Below are positions 1 through 8,964 of a DNA stretch of 34,541 nucleotides, piece by piece. The DNA is taken from assembly GCA_046582655.1 (NCBI GenBank), contig JAYGDX010000024.1:1-34541 (forward strand), in the 5' to 3' direction. Every line of letters begins with the position of its first letter. The stretch's first letter is position 1. Below the pieces are notes generated by a model. The model searched no databases. It was not told the DNA's origin and saw only the letters and a program-made list of their open reading frames with translations. The position numbers and the translations under genes are program-made. Source of the DNA: Candidatus Poribacteria bacterium. Its GTDB lineage: Bacteria > Poribacteria > WGA-4E > UBA9662.

Positions 1-50
1 CACTCCTCCATGTGTTTTGCTCCTCTTTTTCTCGATTTCGGTTTCACATC

Positions 51-448
51 CTAAACACCATAGGTCCCAGTAACACTGGCAAGGATATGCATCAGATTCA
101 TGAACTTAAGGATGTGCCCTCTGATGTTGTCAACACCTCGCTTGTAAAGATGCTTCATCTTGAAGCGTCCCTTCATTCATCCGAAGAGGCGTTCAATTTT
201 TGTGCGTAACGTATACACCAGTTTGAAGTGGTAGCTGAATTGAGGATTGTTCAATCTGGGAGAGCATGTCTCGTGCCACGCGGTAGATTCTGCCTATTGC
301 TGGGACAACATTCTTGTTTCTTTTCACAAGCACATTTATCCGGGACTTCCAATCCCATGTGTTCTAACTTGCCTCTGGCTTCCTCATTGTACACAGGACA
401 ACCGAAAATATAGGCATCCAGATTCTGGTCTATTGAAATAGGAGTCAT
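51..448 (-). pseudogene. Degraded IS4/IS5-superfamily DDE transposase, C-terminal part
   Basis: Manual minus-strand translation after a frameshift gives LNNPQFSYHFKLVYTLRTKIERLFG*MKGRFKMKHLYKRGVDNIRGHILKFMNLMHILASVTGTYGV*. This contains the Y-2-R-3-E-6-K signature, an in-frame TGA at 177-179 and a final stop at 51-53. The Cys-rich ORF 251..448 precedes it. May extend to about 700. Confidence 0.7.
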
Positions 449-735
449 CGGACATCAGATACCTCGCAAGAAAGAAATGGTATGGAAAGATTCTTTGACA
501 CCACCTACAAAATCATAGCCGGTTTGAAGATCATTACACCAAAAATCGGAAGTATTTTCCATCCTTTTTTAGGCTGGTTGTCCAGTGTTAACAGGTATTT
601 CAGCTTATTCTCTCTACAACCGACTTCAGAGGTGCTCCTGCTGATAAAGTGTAGGCGAAACTCTCAAAACCGGGGCGGATAATCCTTATTATCACCACAT
701 TCTGCCAACTCTTGCCGATGTTCATATGTTAAACT

Positions 736-777
736 TAGATATCAACGTTATTTGCATAGATATCAAGGTTATTTGCA
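736..777. repeat. 21-bp tandem duplication
   Basis: TAGATATCAACGTTATTTGCA (736-756) followed by TAGATATCAAGGTTATTTGCA (757-777), one mismatch. Confidence 0.9.
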
Positions 778-784
778 TACCTCG

Positions 785-818
785 TTTTAGTAACTTCTTT
801 TTTTTAGTAACTTCTTTT
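785..818. repeat. 17-bp tandem duplication
   Basis: TTTTAGTAACTTCTTTT twice (785-801, 802-818). Confidence 0.85.
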
Positions 819-873
819 TGGACCTCGTGGAATGCAAAATGTAGTAAAACTAAATTTAAAGAGCAGGATTAAA

Positions 874-1419
874 ATGAAAACTAGATGGATTGCTTCAGTT
901 TGCTTGATATCAGTTATGATAGGTTGTGGCGTGATTGCCTCAGAAAAGTTAGAAGCAGATAACAGCGAAGCACGTGCTGTCGCTGAAATTATGTCAAAAA
1001 GTGGAAGTAGCGTGGTTGGTATAGCTGTCTTTACTGCGAATGATAATGTTATTACGTTGGTAATTGAAATTGAGAATGTTAGTCCGGGACTTCATGCTGT
1101 ACATATTCACAAAACAGGAGATTGCTGTTCAGATGATGCAAAGTCTGCCGGTGGCCATTGGAACCCAACGAATGAACCCCATGGGAAATGGGGCGTTCCT
1201 CCTTTCCACAGCGGAGATATTGGCAATATCAATGTTGGATCGGATGGGGTAGGAAGACTCGAATTAACGACAAAGGACCGTTGGTCAATCGGGGGCTCAC
1301 CAGAGACTAACGTGCTGGGTAAGGCAATCATTGTCCATGCAGGTGGAGATGACTTCAAATCCCAACCATCCGGAGATGCTGGAAAGCGGATAGGTTGTGG
1401 CGTGATTGCCTTAGAGTAG
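874..1419 (+). CDS. sodC: Cu/Zn superoxide dismutase, exported, probable lipoprotein
   Basis: All metal-ligand motifs are present: HAVHIH, GGHWNP, PHG, FHSGDIGNI, IVHAGGDD, and C-terminal RIGCGVI. N-terminal MKTRWIASVCLISVMIGC looks like a signal peptide with lipobox. ATG 874 has AGGA upstream; the ORF track starts at 832. Confidence 0.95.
   Translation: MKTRWIASVCLISVMIGCGVIASEKLEADNSEARAVAEIMSKSGSSVVGIAVFTANDNVITLVIEIENVSPGLHAVHIHKTGDCCSDDAKSAGGHWNPTNEPHGKWGVPPFHSGDIGNINVGSDGVGRLELTTKDRWSIGGSPETNVLGKAIIVHAGGDDFKSQPSGDAGKRIGCGVIALE
918..1411 (+). repeat. Exact 23-bp in-frame direct repeat at the two ends of sodC (918-940 and 1389-1411)
   Basis: GATAGGTTGTGGCGTGATTGCCT occurs at both positions and encodes IGCGVIA each time. 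Confidence 0.95.
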
Positions 1420-1527
1420 TAGCTCTTTGTGGTTGGCATTAAAAAGTCATGTTCTTTAATTATAGCTTGATTGGGTTGTGTCTGTTTCCAAGTGGTCAGA
1501 ATGTCTTGGATCATTTGGATGAAATCA

Positions 1528-1986
1528 TTGGCATCAACTGCTGAATGAATCTTGGTGGTCAATCCACCACGCCAGCGACCGATGGCCTGAGGCCCTTCTT
1601 TTTTTTTGCACCTGCACTATGCTGATGAACTCCAATGATTGTGCTATCCAGGAGAAGTTGTTCCAGATCAATATCATCGAAGACCTGTTCCAGCAAACGT
1701 TTCCAAACCCCTTTTTTGTCCCAACGGGAGTGCCGCCTGTACACACTGTGCCAGTTGCCAAAGGTAGGAAGCAAGTCGCGCCAAGGTGACCCAGTCCGTA
1801 CAATCCACAGCACAGCTTCAATCAACAATCGCTTGTCCCCGCCGGTCTTGCCAGGGTCACCCTCCTTGCCTGGCAGAAGATCCTTGATGCCTTCCCACTG
1901 GTCGTTGCGCAATAGTTTTCTGTTCATATGTTCTTTCCTCCAATGGCCATAGAAGACACTAACGATGAATGAATGTTAACAGGTCC
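1528..1986 (-). mobile_element. Truncated IS5-family (IS427-like group) insertion sequence, left part
   Basis: Left IR GGACCTGTTAACATTCA (1970-1986, minus strand) next to TA within CTAG. OrfA 1559..1927. A9G slippery run at 1598-1607, after which the -1 frame reads EGPQAIGRWRGGLTTKIHSAVDAN and homology stops at about 1528. Confidence 0.9.
1559..1927 (-). CDS. IS5-family transposase OrfA (DUF4096-type N-terminus)
   Basis: LRNDQW...RLLIEAVLWIVRTGSPWRDL...GNWHSVYRR..RW..GVW...LLDSTIIGVHQHSAGAKKK. Confidence 0.9.
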   Translation of the reverse strand: MNRKLLRNDQWEGIKDLLPGKEGDPGKTGGDKRLLIEAVLWIVRTGSPWRDLLPTFGNWHSVYRRHSRWDKKGVWKRLLEQVFDDIDLEQLLLDSTIIGVHQHSAGAKKKKGLRPSVAGVVD

Positions 1987-2534
1987 TAGTAAATGACCAA
2001 CTTTCCAAACATGATAGTTTTATCTGGTTGTCAAAGAAGTCAGGATTCTTAGTTATGAGATGTTAGATAATCTGTTGACTTATCAAGGATACCCTTGTTG
2101 TTTGAAATGTGACTGTCATTTAAACAGTAAATAAAATTTTCACCGTTTTTCCCAGTCTGGAAAAAAGCAACGCTTGCATGAATTAATCGACGCCGACATT
2201 GCAAGACTCTATTGCTGTGATATGACGTGTGACCGTATCATCAAGTCTATCTAAAGGATTCGATTCAGGAATGTGATAATGGTTAAAAAATAGGAGGTGG
2301 GATATAATTTGTCAGTACGCTACAGTGCAAACCGTGACTTTCAAATGTTAAGGTTCAGCAAATAATAATAGTATTGTGAAATGAAACTAATAAATTCGGT
2401 AATCCACAATGCTATACTGAAAAGATACTCTGCTATCATGGCAAGTCACTGATGCTTAGTACCATTTAGTCAATAAGTGAATTCTAGCCAACTATGACCT
2501 AAGCTTACCACCTAACTACGGAACATTATCAAAA

Positions 2535-4874
2535 ATGTCTTTAGAAATTACCGAATCAGACCTCAAGAACGCTTTACCCGATATGACTTCTACTCTGTGC
2601 TTATCTGGGCTTGATGAACTTGTTGAGGTGTACCGCGATCGCTGGGGTATACCTCATGTTAAAGCCAGAAGTGAAAACGACCTGTTCTTTGCTCAGGGAT
2701 TTGTAACCGCACAAGATCGGCTGTGGCATATGGATTACGATCGATATCGTGCGCTTGGGCGATGGTCGGAATTAGCGGGATCTAGCGGTATTGAACAGGA
2801 TCAACTTCTTCGAAAAGCTGGAATGGGTCGGACCGCGAAACTTGATTGCGAAATAGCTTGTCCAGAATCGAAAGCGATGATCGAAGCTTACACTGCGGGT
2901 GTCAATGCTTTTATTGAAGTCACCACAGCATTACCAATTGAGTATACGATTCTCGATCATGAACCTGAGCGTTGGGAAAACTGGCATTGTTTAGCCGTTT
3001 ATAAAATGCGCAATACACTTTTAGGAACTTTTGAGCCCAAACTTTTCCGAACGCGTTTGGTGAAAGCCATCGGTGCGGAAAAAGTAGCCTTATTCATGAA
3101 AGGATATCCTAATGGGCATCTTCTCACCGTTCCCCCCGGTGAAGTTTATAAAGGGGCCGCGCTTGACGGACTGAAAGAATTAAGTCAAATTGTCGAAGAA
3201 GCTAATTGGCTTGATGAGATTGATGCCGGATCCAACGGGTGGTCGATCTCTGGTGAACATACAGCATCCGATTTGCCATTAGTCGCTGGAGACTCACATC
3301 GTGCGCTCGATACACCAGGCGTTTACTATCAGGTCCATCTTTCGTGTCCAGATTTCACTGTTATCGGCTATTCCTTGCCTGGTATGCCGGGTGCGCTTCA
3401 TTTTTGCCATAATGAGTATGTGGCATGGGGAATGACCCATGGTGGAGCGGATACACAGGATCTCTTCATTGAGCGGTTTCGTCAAACGGATGATGGTCTT
3501 CAGTACGATTTTCAAGGAGAATGGTACTCCGCCGAGGTACTGGATGAAGTCATCAAAGTGAGAGGTACTGTTCCGGTGAAATTTGCGGTCACAATTACCC
3601 ACCACGGACCAATTATTGCTGGAAATCCAGCATCGGGGTTCGCAGTGGCTATCAGTGACCCTGGTCTCATAGTCGGTTCTCCATGGGTGGATGCCGTCCG
3701 CGATGCCATGCGAAGTCAATCGGTAGATGGGTTAGATCAGGCGCTAAGTAACTGGACGGATCGAGTCAACAATTATGCTGTCGCGGATGTCAACGGGAAC
3801 TTTGGTTACCTGCATGCCGGCAAGATCCCAATTCGTGGTGAAGCCAACGGATGGCGAATTGTCCCTGGTTGGACGGGTGAATGCGATTGGAAGGGGTATA
3901 TCCCACATGCAGAACTTCCTAGATCCATTAACCCCGATATTGGTTACACTGTAACCTGTAACCAACGTGTAACTGATCATCAATATCCGTATTATGTCGG
4001 TCTATACTTTTCGCCAGAGCATCGTGCGAAACGTGTTCAGGCACGAATTCTGGAGTTGGAGTTCGGCCAGGCAACCGTCGAAAAGATGAAACAAATACAT
4101 ACGGACATAATCTCGATTCCAGCCCAGGTATTCACTGAGAGGCTAATCCAAGTGCGTTCGTCTGACAGAGATACTGCACAAGCCCAATCTTTGTTGCAGG
4201 AGTGGGACTACAGCATGGATCGGAATTTGGTTCAACCATTAATCTACGCCCAAACCAAAAGAGAGGTAACCCGACAGATTGCACAGGTTTTGCTAGGCGA
4301 CCAAGCAGATCTTGTCCTTTCCGGTGAGGCAGGGAGTTATGCCCACCTTCGACTGATTGAACTTGAGATTCTATTGGCGATTAAAAGTGATGATAATTCA
4401 TTCCTGCCAACTGGAAAAAGTTGGCAGGAAGTATTGTCGTTTGCTCTTCAGTATGCAGTTGCCAGTCTTAAGGCGAAACTTGGGGATGACATGTCTCAAT
4501 GGCGTTGGGAAAGACTGCATTATACCCATCCCCAGCACCCACTTTCGGCAATATTTCCTGAGTTAGCTGAGAAACTAGATCCTCCTTCGGTCTCAATTCA
4601 CGGCGATGGAGATACTCCGCTGGCGGGAAGTTACGGTTTTAACAACCAGTTTATTGCCACTGGAATGTCCGTCAATCGCTACATTCATGATCCAGCAGAT
4701 TGGACGAACTCACTATGGATTGTACCGCTGGGTGCATCAGGTCACCCTGGAAGCCCACATTATGCCGATCAAGTGCAGATGTGGGCGGATGTTGAATATA
4801 TACCTCAACTCTGGGATTGGAACCAAATTGCCCTGGAATCTGAATCACACCAACAACTCAGCCCATATAAGTAG
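2535..4874 (+). CDS. Penicillin acylase family protein (peptidase S45, Ntn hydrolase), no signal peptide
   Basis: RDRWGIPHV, FFAQGFVTAQDRLWHMD, autocatalytic GSNGW (Ser nucleophile), GDSHR, TCNQR, GASGHPGSPHYADQ. Confidence 0.93.
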   Translation: MSLEITESDLKNALPDMTSTLCLSGLDELVEVYRDRWGIPHVKARSENDLFFAQGFVTAQDRLWHMDYDRYRALGRWSELAGSSGIEQDQLLRKAGMGRTAKLDCEIACPESKAMIEAYTAGVNAFIEVTTALPIEYTILDHEPERWENWHCLAVYKMRNTLLGTFEPKLFRTRLVKAIGAEKVALFMKGYPNGHLLTVPPGEVYKGAALDGLKELSQIVEEANWLDEIDAGSNGWSISGEHTASDLPLVAGDSHRALDTPGVYYQVHLSCPDFTVIGYSLPGMPGALHFCHNEYVAWGMTHGGADTQDLFIERFRQTDDGLQYDFQGEWYSAEVLDEVIKVRGTVPVKFAVTITHHGPIIAGNPASGFAVAISDPGLIVGSPWVDAVRDAMRSQSVDGLDQALSNWTDRVNNYAVADVNGNFGYLHAGKIPIRGEANGWRIVPGWTGECDWKGYIPHAELPRSINPDIGYTVTCNQRVTDHQYPYYVGLYFSPEHRAKRVQARILELEFGQATVEKMKQIHTDIISIPAQVFTERLIQVRSSDRDTAQAQSLLQEWDYSMDRNLVQPLIYAQTKREVTRQIAQVLLGDQADLVLSGEAGSYAHLRLIELEILLAIKSDDNSFLPTGKSWQEVLSFALQYAVASLKAKLGDDMSQWRWERLHYTHPQHPLSAIFPELAEKLDPPSVSIHGDGDTPLAGSYGFNNQFIATGMSVNRYIHDPADWTNSLWIVPLGASGHPGSPHYADQVQMWADVEYIPQLWDWNQIALESESHQQLSPYK

Positions 4875-4982
4875 ATTAAACCTCTTGCATAAGTAATAAT
4901 ACTCACCAAAACCCTAGCTGGGAGGCAGCTAAATTCTTTGACATATGTCAGAGGACTGTTAATTAAAAAGGTCATTCTTACT

Positions 4983-6770
4983 ATGATCGATGTGCTTAAT
5001 TTCAGATACGTGCGTAGCCTGGTGGTTGTTGGAGGCATAATTATGATGCTTCCAATAACCTTTTCTTATGGTAGAACGGGTTTGGGTAATAATCTACGTA
5101 GCGAGTTCAATTGGTCTATAGGGGCCAGACTAACAGCTGGTTCGCACGATCAGAAGATGACTCTGTTTGGCGCAGTGGCAGGGAACATCCTCCCTTCTTT
5201 TCTTTCTATTGAAGGCGGATTAATGGTGGAACTGGAATCAGCTCTTGAAAAGTGGAATATTAATTCCCCGGCTATTGGAGTGCATGAATCTTGGTTTATG
5301 GGCATTGGAGTAGGACGTTTTAAAGAAACCGGAAATCCTACCTACTTTTTCTCCCCACAGAAGCAGTTTCCAGGAAGTGGATTAAGTAATAGAAGCAAAT
5401 GGCGTTTTACGTATGGTATCGGTCAAACTTATTCTCAAGGATTCTTTTTCAAAAAAAATGAATCTTTCTTATTCAATGTGGAATCACACAGCGATTTGGA
5501 AGAGGGGATTGTTCCAGACAATTTAAGGCAAGAATTTAAAAACGACAAAGGTATTGTCCTGACTGAAAATTACATCATCAAGAATCAGGACGGTAACTGG
5601 TGGATTGGCAACAAAAATAATCCAAACAGATACATCGTTAAAAAGGAATTTTTGTTTCTTACCAGCCTAAAGTTTATTGATGCTTTGGGAAACGGCATCT
5701 TACCTGATGAACTGGGTCAAGAATTTGAAAAAAATGGGATTTCACTTGATTTTTCGAATACTATAGTTTCTCCAAGCGAATCAAAAAAAAGTGAATGGTT
5801 GATAAAAGATAAGGAAACAGAACAAGCGTATGTTATAAGCAGAGAGATGGGCGGACTGAATATTTACGAGATAAATAGCTACAGTTATCGCAATTTCAAT
5901 TTAGATCAAAAACGAGGAAATGCATATATTAGAACTGAATATGAACAGATTAGTGGGCGAATGGCCTTTTACAATGATTTGAGATCTGTTTCTCCTCCCT
6001 TGGTAATACTTGGTGATGGTAATGATAATAAGGAAACAGCCTCGGGATTTGCATCGATCACCTTCAGCAATCGATATACAGCCAAAGAATTCGGCGTGGG
6101 ATTTGACAATATCACCGACGATATTGTCAACAGTGAATCATCGAAAGACCCTAATATTGCACCAGTTGTTGGATTAACCGATGCAACAACTGGTGCAATT
6201 AAAAAAAGAAAGAAATTTATCGACCAGAATGAGGCGTATTATAAGGTAGAAGGTCTCGGGATTAGTTTATATCGTGCTTTCTTGATGCTAAATTTTCATA
6301 GTAATAAATCGAAATTAGGATTAGATGTACCTGGCTTGGATTATGGTCTGAAGTTCGGAATACACGGTAGATCTATTAAGGAACGATCACAAGATCACGT
6401 GCATAAGAATGTTAAATCATATGCCTTTCGCATTGAAGGAAGTGAGGCAGCAAAATATAAAATTGATTTGGATAAGAATATTATCTCGGATGAATTGCGT
6501 AAACAGTTTGGTGAGAATAAAGACAAATTGTTTTTCGCCCAAGACATCTCACTTAGCCAAAATTGCGATGTTATCCAAGATGACAACGGATGGCAGATAG
6601 AAGATAGATCTAAACGATTTTTTTATTACGTTAGTAGAGATGGGAAAGAACTAGACGTTTACCTCAAGGGAACCGCCCTGTTTCCTAACACAGAGCAGAC
6701 TAAGAGAAATAGAATATGGATTGAACTCAATGGCGGAAGTTCTGTACCTTATACCAGTTTACGGCCATGA
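4983..6770 (+). CDS. Secreted or outer-membrane protein with LpxR/Ntox23-like motifs and three inserted copies of a ~65-80 aa module
   Basis: 610-aa ORF from 4938; likely start is ATG 4983, giving a signal-like N-terminus. Amphipathic beta-strand pattern. Motifs FYND, LGDGNDNKETASG and QDHVH. Visibly more AT-rich than its neighbours. The CDS is well supported; the family call is tentative. Confidence 0.6.
   Translation: MIDVLNFRYVRSLVVVGGIIMMLPITFSYGRTGLGNNLRSEFNWSIGARLTAGSHDQKMTLFGAVAGNILPSFLSIEGGLMVELESALEKWNINSPAIGVHESWFMGIGVGRFKETGNPTYFFSPQKQFPGSGLSNRSKWRFTYGIGQTYSQGFFFKKNESFLFNVESHSDLEEGIVPDNLRQEFKNDKGIVLTENYIIKNQDGNWWIGNKNNPNRYIVKKEFLFLTSLKFIDALGNGILPDELGQEFEKNGISLDFSNTIVSPSESKKSEWLIKDKETEQAYVISREMGGLNIYEINSYSYRNFNLDQKRGNAYIRTEYEQISGRMAFYNDLRSVSPPLVILGDGNDNKETASGFASITFSNRYTAKEFGVGFDNITDDIVNSESSKDPNIAPVVGLTDATTGAIKKRKKFIDQNEAYYKVEGLGISLYRAFLMLNFHSNKSKLGLDVPGLDYGLKFGIHGRSIKERSQDHVHKNVKSYAFRIEGSEAAKYKIDLDKNIISDELRKQFGENKDKLFFAQDISLSQNCDVIQDDNGWQIEDRSKRFFYYVSRDGKELDVYLKGTALFPNTEQTKRNRIWIELNGGSSVPYTSLRP
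5466..6662 (+). repeat. Three divergent copies of a protein module (5466-5648, 5649-5867, 6420-6662)
   Basis: Shared pattern [FY]xF...DL..GI.[PS]D.L.Q.F....I.L..N.......W.I.......Y.[VI].[KR][ED]...L.[IV]Y in all three copies. The first copy lacks the final L.IY strand. Confidence 0.85.
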
Positions 6771-6917
6771 TGCAAATAGATCAAAAGAGAGATTCAAAGT
6801 AACTAGGATTCAACAGGGAAGCCAATCAACTACACAGCAAATCGAGAACTTAAGAATGATATTGCGTGAGTCGATCAAAACACAAAATTGTATCGAGGAG
6901 TCCAAGAAACCCCGAAG

Positions 6918-8897
6918 TTACGAAGGGAGGGCGAAATAGCCGATCTTGGTGAATAGTCCGATAATCATCCACAGCCCAACCATCAGGTATTCACCTAAAA
7001 TCAACCCCAGACAAACAAACCGAAGTTTATGATTTCCCGAAGGGCCACTGAATTTCAGTACGCAGTATCTGACTAACCAGCCGACGAAAACTGAAAACCA
7101 CAGATGAAATGGTGGGTAAGTTGCACCCAAAAGATAGCCTATTGGGTGAAGTGGCCACCAGATGAAATGGTGGCGCATCCACAACAAAAAAAATGTAAAA
7201 CCAGCACCACCTATCATGCTATAAACCTCATCCCAATGTGTGCGAATGGGTAATTGAATCATATTGCTCATTCGTTGAAAATAGTTCCTTGGGGCGTTAA
7301 CGTACACCCAACGCTGTAAATTTAGCGCGCCTTTATCGTAGATCAGATCTAATGAAGAGTAAGCTGAAACGATTATAGCAATAATAATTGACAGTAAAAG
7401 AATGGGAAGGATTTTCCGTTGTGAGAGTCTGTTTTCCTGTAAAACTCGAAAGTTATGCAAAAAGTTTGGCATCATGAATTCTCCCCAGTCCCGAAAGAAA
7501 CCACGCTGAAAACTAAGGAGGGCTAAACTCCTCGGACCAATTACGGATGATCCCATGACAATAGTTATATATTCCGAGGGAAAAAAGGGTGCCTGCACAA
7601 GCAACAATCCTCCGTTCACAACCATCCATGATAAGACGATTGAAGTGACAAATATTACCAGCATCACAATCAAAGAGACCCAAATGGACATACCCGCTAT
7701 CCAGCAAAAGATAACAATTGTGACAAAACCAGTTAAGAATCCTGAAAGAGCCATACGATAAGGCAATGGTTCGTTGGTATCATCTGTTAGTAGTCTTCGA
7801 TCTCCCCAAGAAAAAGTTTTGCGAATTACATCGACAAAATGCCCTCTTCCAACCCAGAAAACAGCAGGTACAAATACAAGATAACCGCCCATGACCTGAC
7901 GGCTGCAACTTATCCAAGGATTAACCTCCAAACCAATCGCATTCATAATGATATATTGGAGTTTAAAAAACAGGAAAAAAAACCAGAGACTGAATGACAC
8001 TTCAAGAGTCAGCATAGCCGCAATTCCAATAACTGAAAAATAGATAACAATTCGGACGGCAGGCCACCAACTCAGTGTATACCAGGGTTTGCTGTGAAAC
8101 GCACGATGAATATGGTAAATTCTGGGGATCTCAGGTATGTTTGGAAAATGAGCATGTAACCCATTAATCAGGTGTAACAGAATTGGCAATAACATACCTA
8201 GCCAAAGAAAACGATTCTTGAAGAACGCATTAAACAGCATTCCTCTTGGGGGTGACACCGCAATCTCCAGCGGAATCTGAACCAGTGGGAACGAAAAACG
8301 CTCATGTTCAATCCACTGTCTTCGCAGAAGAATTGACAAGCAAAGAGTTGTGAAATAAAAAACAAGTACAAACAATGTCCAAATACATAAAGGTTTTAAC
8401 CAAATTGACCAAGGAATAGATCCACTTTGATCAACACCTTCATAAAAGTTTCTAACCGCGTTTCTATCAAAAACGATTAACCACTCTGGAATGTAGTGAT
8501 GCAACGTTTCTGACCAATCGTTTTCAGGCGTGGCAAAATAGAACATAGCAACAAGAGTCGGCAACAAAAATTGTAAAAATCCCATTGAAGGAATGCCTAA
8601 CGTAATAATTAGCATTACCCAGATTACTATTAATTCGGCGGGTGAAAGTGCCAAGTGATTGGCGAACTTTTTTAGGGGAACATTAATAAATATAGCAAGG
8701 AAAAATAGTACCAGAATGGAACCAACGGGAAGGTGGTTTCCTGAAAGCTTGGAATTTTGTAGGAAGTAGTTATTATAAGCAGTAACACCACACAAAACTA
8801 CGATCAAAAAGAGACCAATTATAAAAACGCCAGGTCGGATTTTAGTTCTATCGTTGAAAGAAGAGTGGATTAGATGCGAAGTTTCTCTAGCCGTCAA
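6918..8897 (-). CDS. Large polytopic membrane protein, DUF6785/DUF6784-like (putative transporter), paralog 1
   Basis: 659 aa with many hydrophobic segments. Motifs ATPENDW, WIEHERFSFPLVQIPL, NGLH, MMPNFLH, WWPLHPIGY and GLILGEY are shared with the other paralogs here. Confidence 0.85.
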   Translation of the reverse strand: MTARETSHLIHSSFNDRTKIRPGVFIIGLFLIVVLCGVTAYNNYFLQNSKLSGNHLPVGSILVLFFLAIFINVPLKKFANHLALSPAELIVIWVMLIITLGIPSMGFLQFLLPTLVAMFYFATPENDWSETLHHYIPEWLIVFDRNAVRNFYEGVDQSGSIPWSIWLKPLCIWTLFVLVFYFTTLCLSILLRRQWIEHERFSFPLVQIPLEIAVSPPRGMLFNAFFKNRFLWLGMLLPILLHLINGLHAHFPNIPEIPRIYHIHRAFHSKPWYTLSWWPAVRIVIYFSVIGIAAMLTLEVSFSLWFFFLFFKLQYIIMNAIGLEVNPWISCSRQVMGGYLVFVPAVFWVGRGHFVDVIRKTFSWGDRRLLTDDTNEPLPYRMALSGFLTGFVTIVIFCWIAGMSIWVSLIVMLVIFVTSIVLSWMVVNGGLLLVQAPFFPSEYITIVMGSSVIGPRSLALLSFQRGFFRDWGEFMMPNFLHNFRVLQENRLSQRKILPILLLSIIIAIIVSAYSSLDLIYDKGALNLQRWVYVNAPRNYFQRMSNMIQLPIRTHWDEVYSMIGGAGFTFFLLWMRHHFIWWPLHPIGYLLGATYPPFHLWFSVFVGWLVRYCVLKFSGPSGNHKLRFVCLGLILGEYLMVGLWMIIGLFTKIGYFALPS

Positions 8898-8964
8898 TTG
8901 ATTGCCGTATTTAATTACTTAACTTGTCTTTATTGTGGTTATGAGAAGAAATGGGAAATTTCTG

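Noticed and set aside
1107..1562. 151-aa minus-strand ORF as a real gene
   Set aside because: Only the first ~12 residues are IS OrfB; most of the rest is the antisense of sodC.
1990..2534. AT-rich 0.5-kb gap as an ncRNA or gene relic
   Set aside because: No recognisable protein motif, strong hairpin or repeat found on either strand.
5466..6662. Inserted modules as inteins
   Set aside because: No N-terminal Cys/Ser, no C-terminal His-Asn followed by C/S/T, and too short for a HINT fold.
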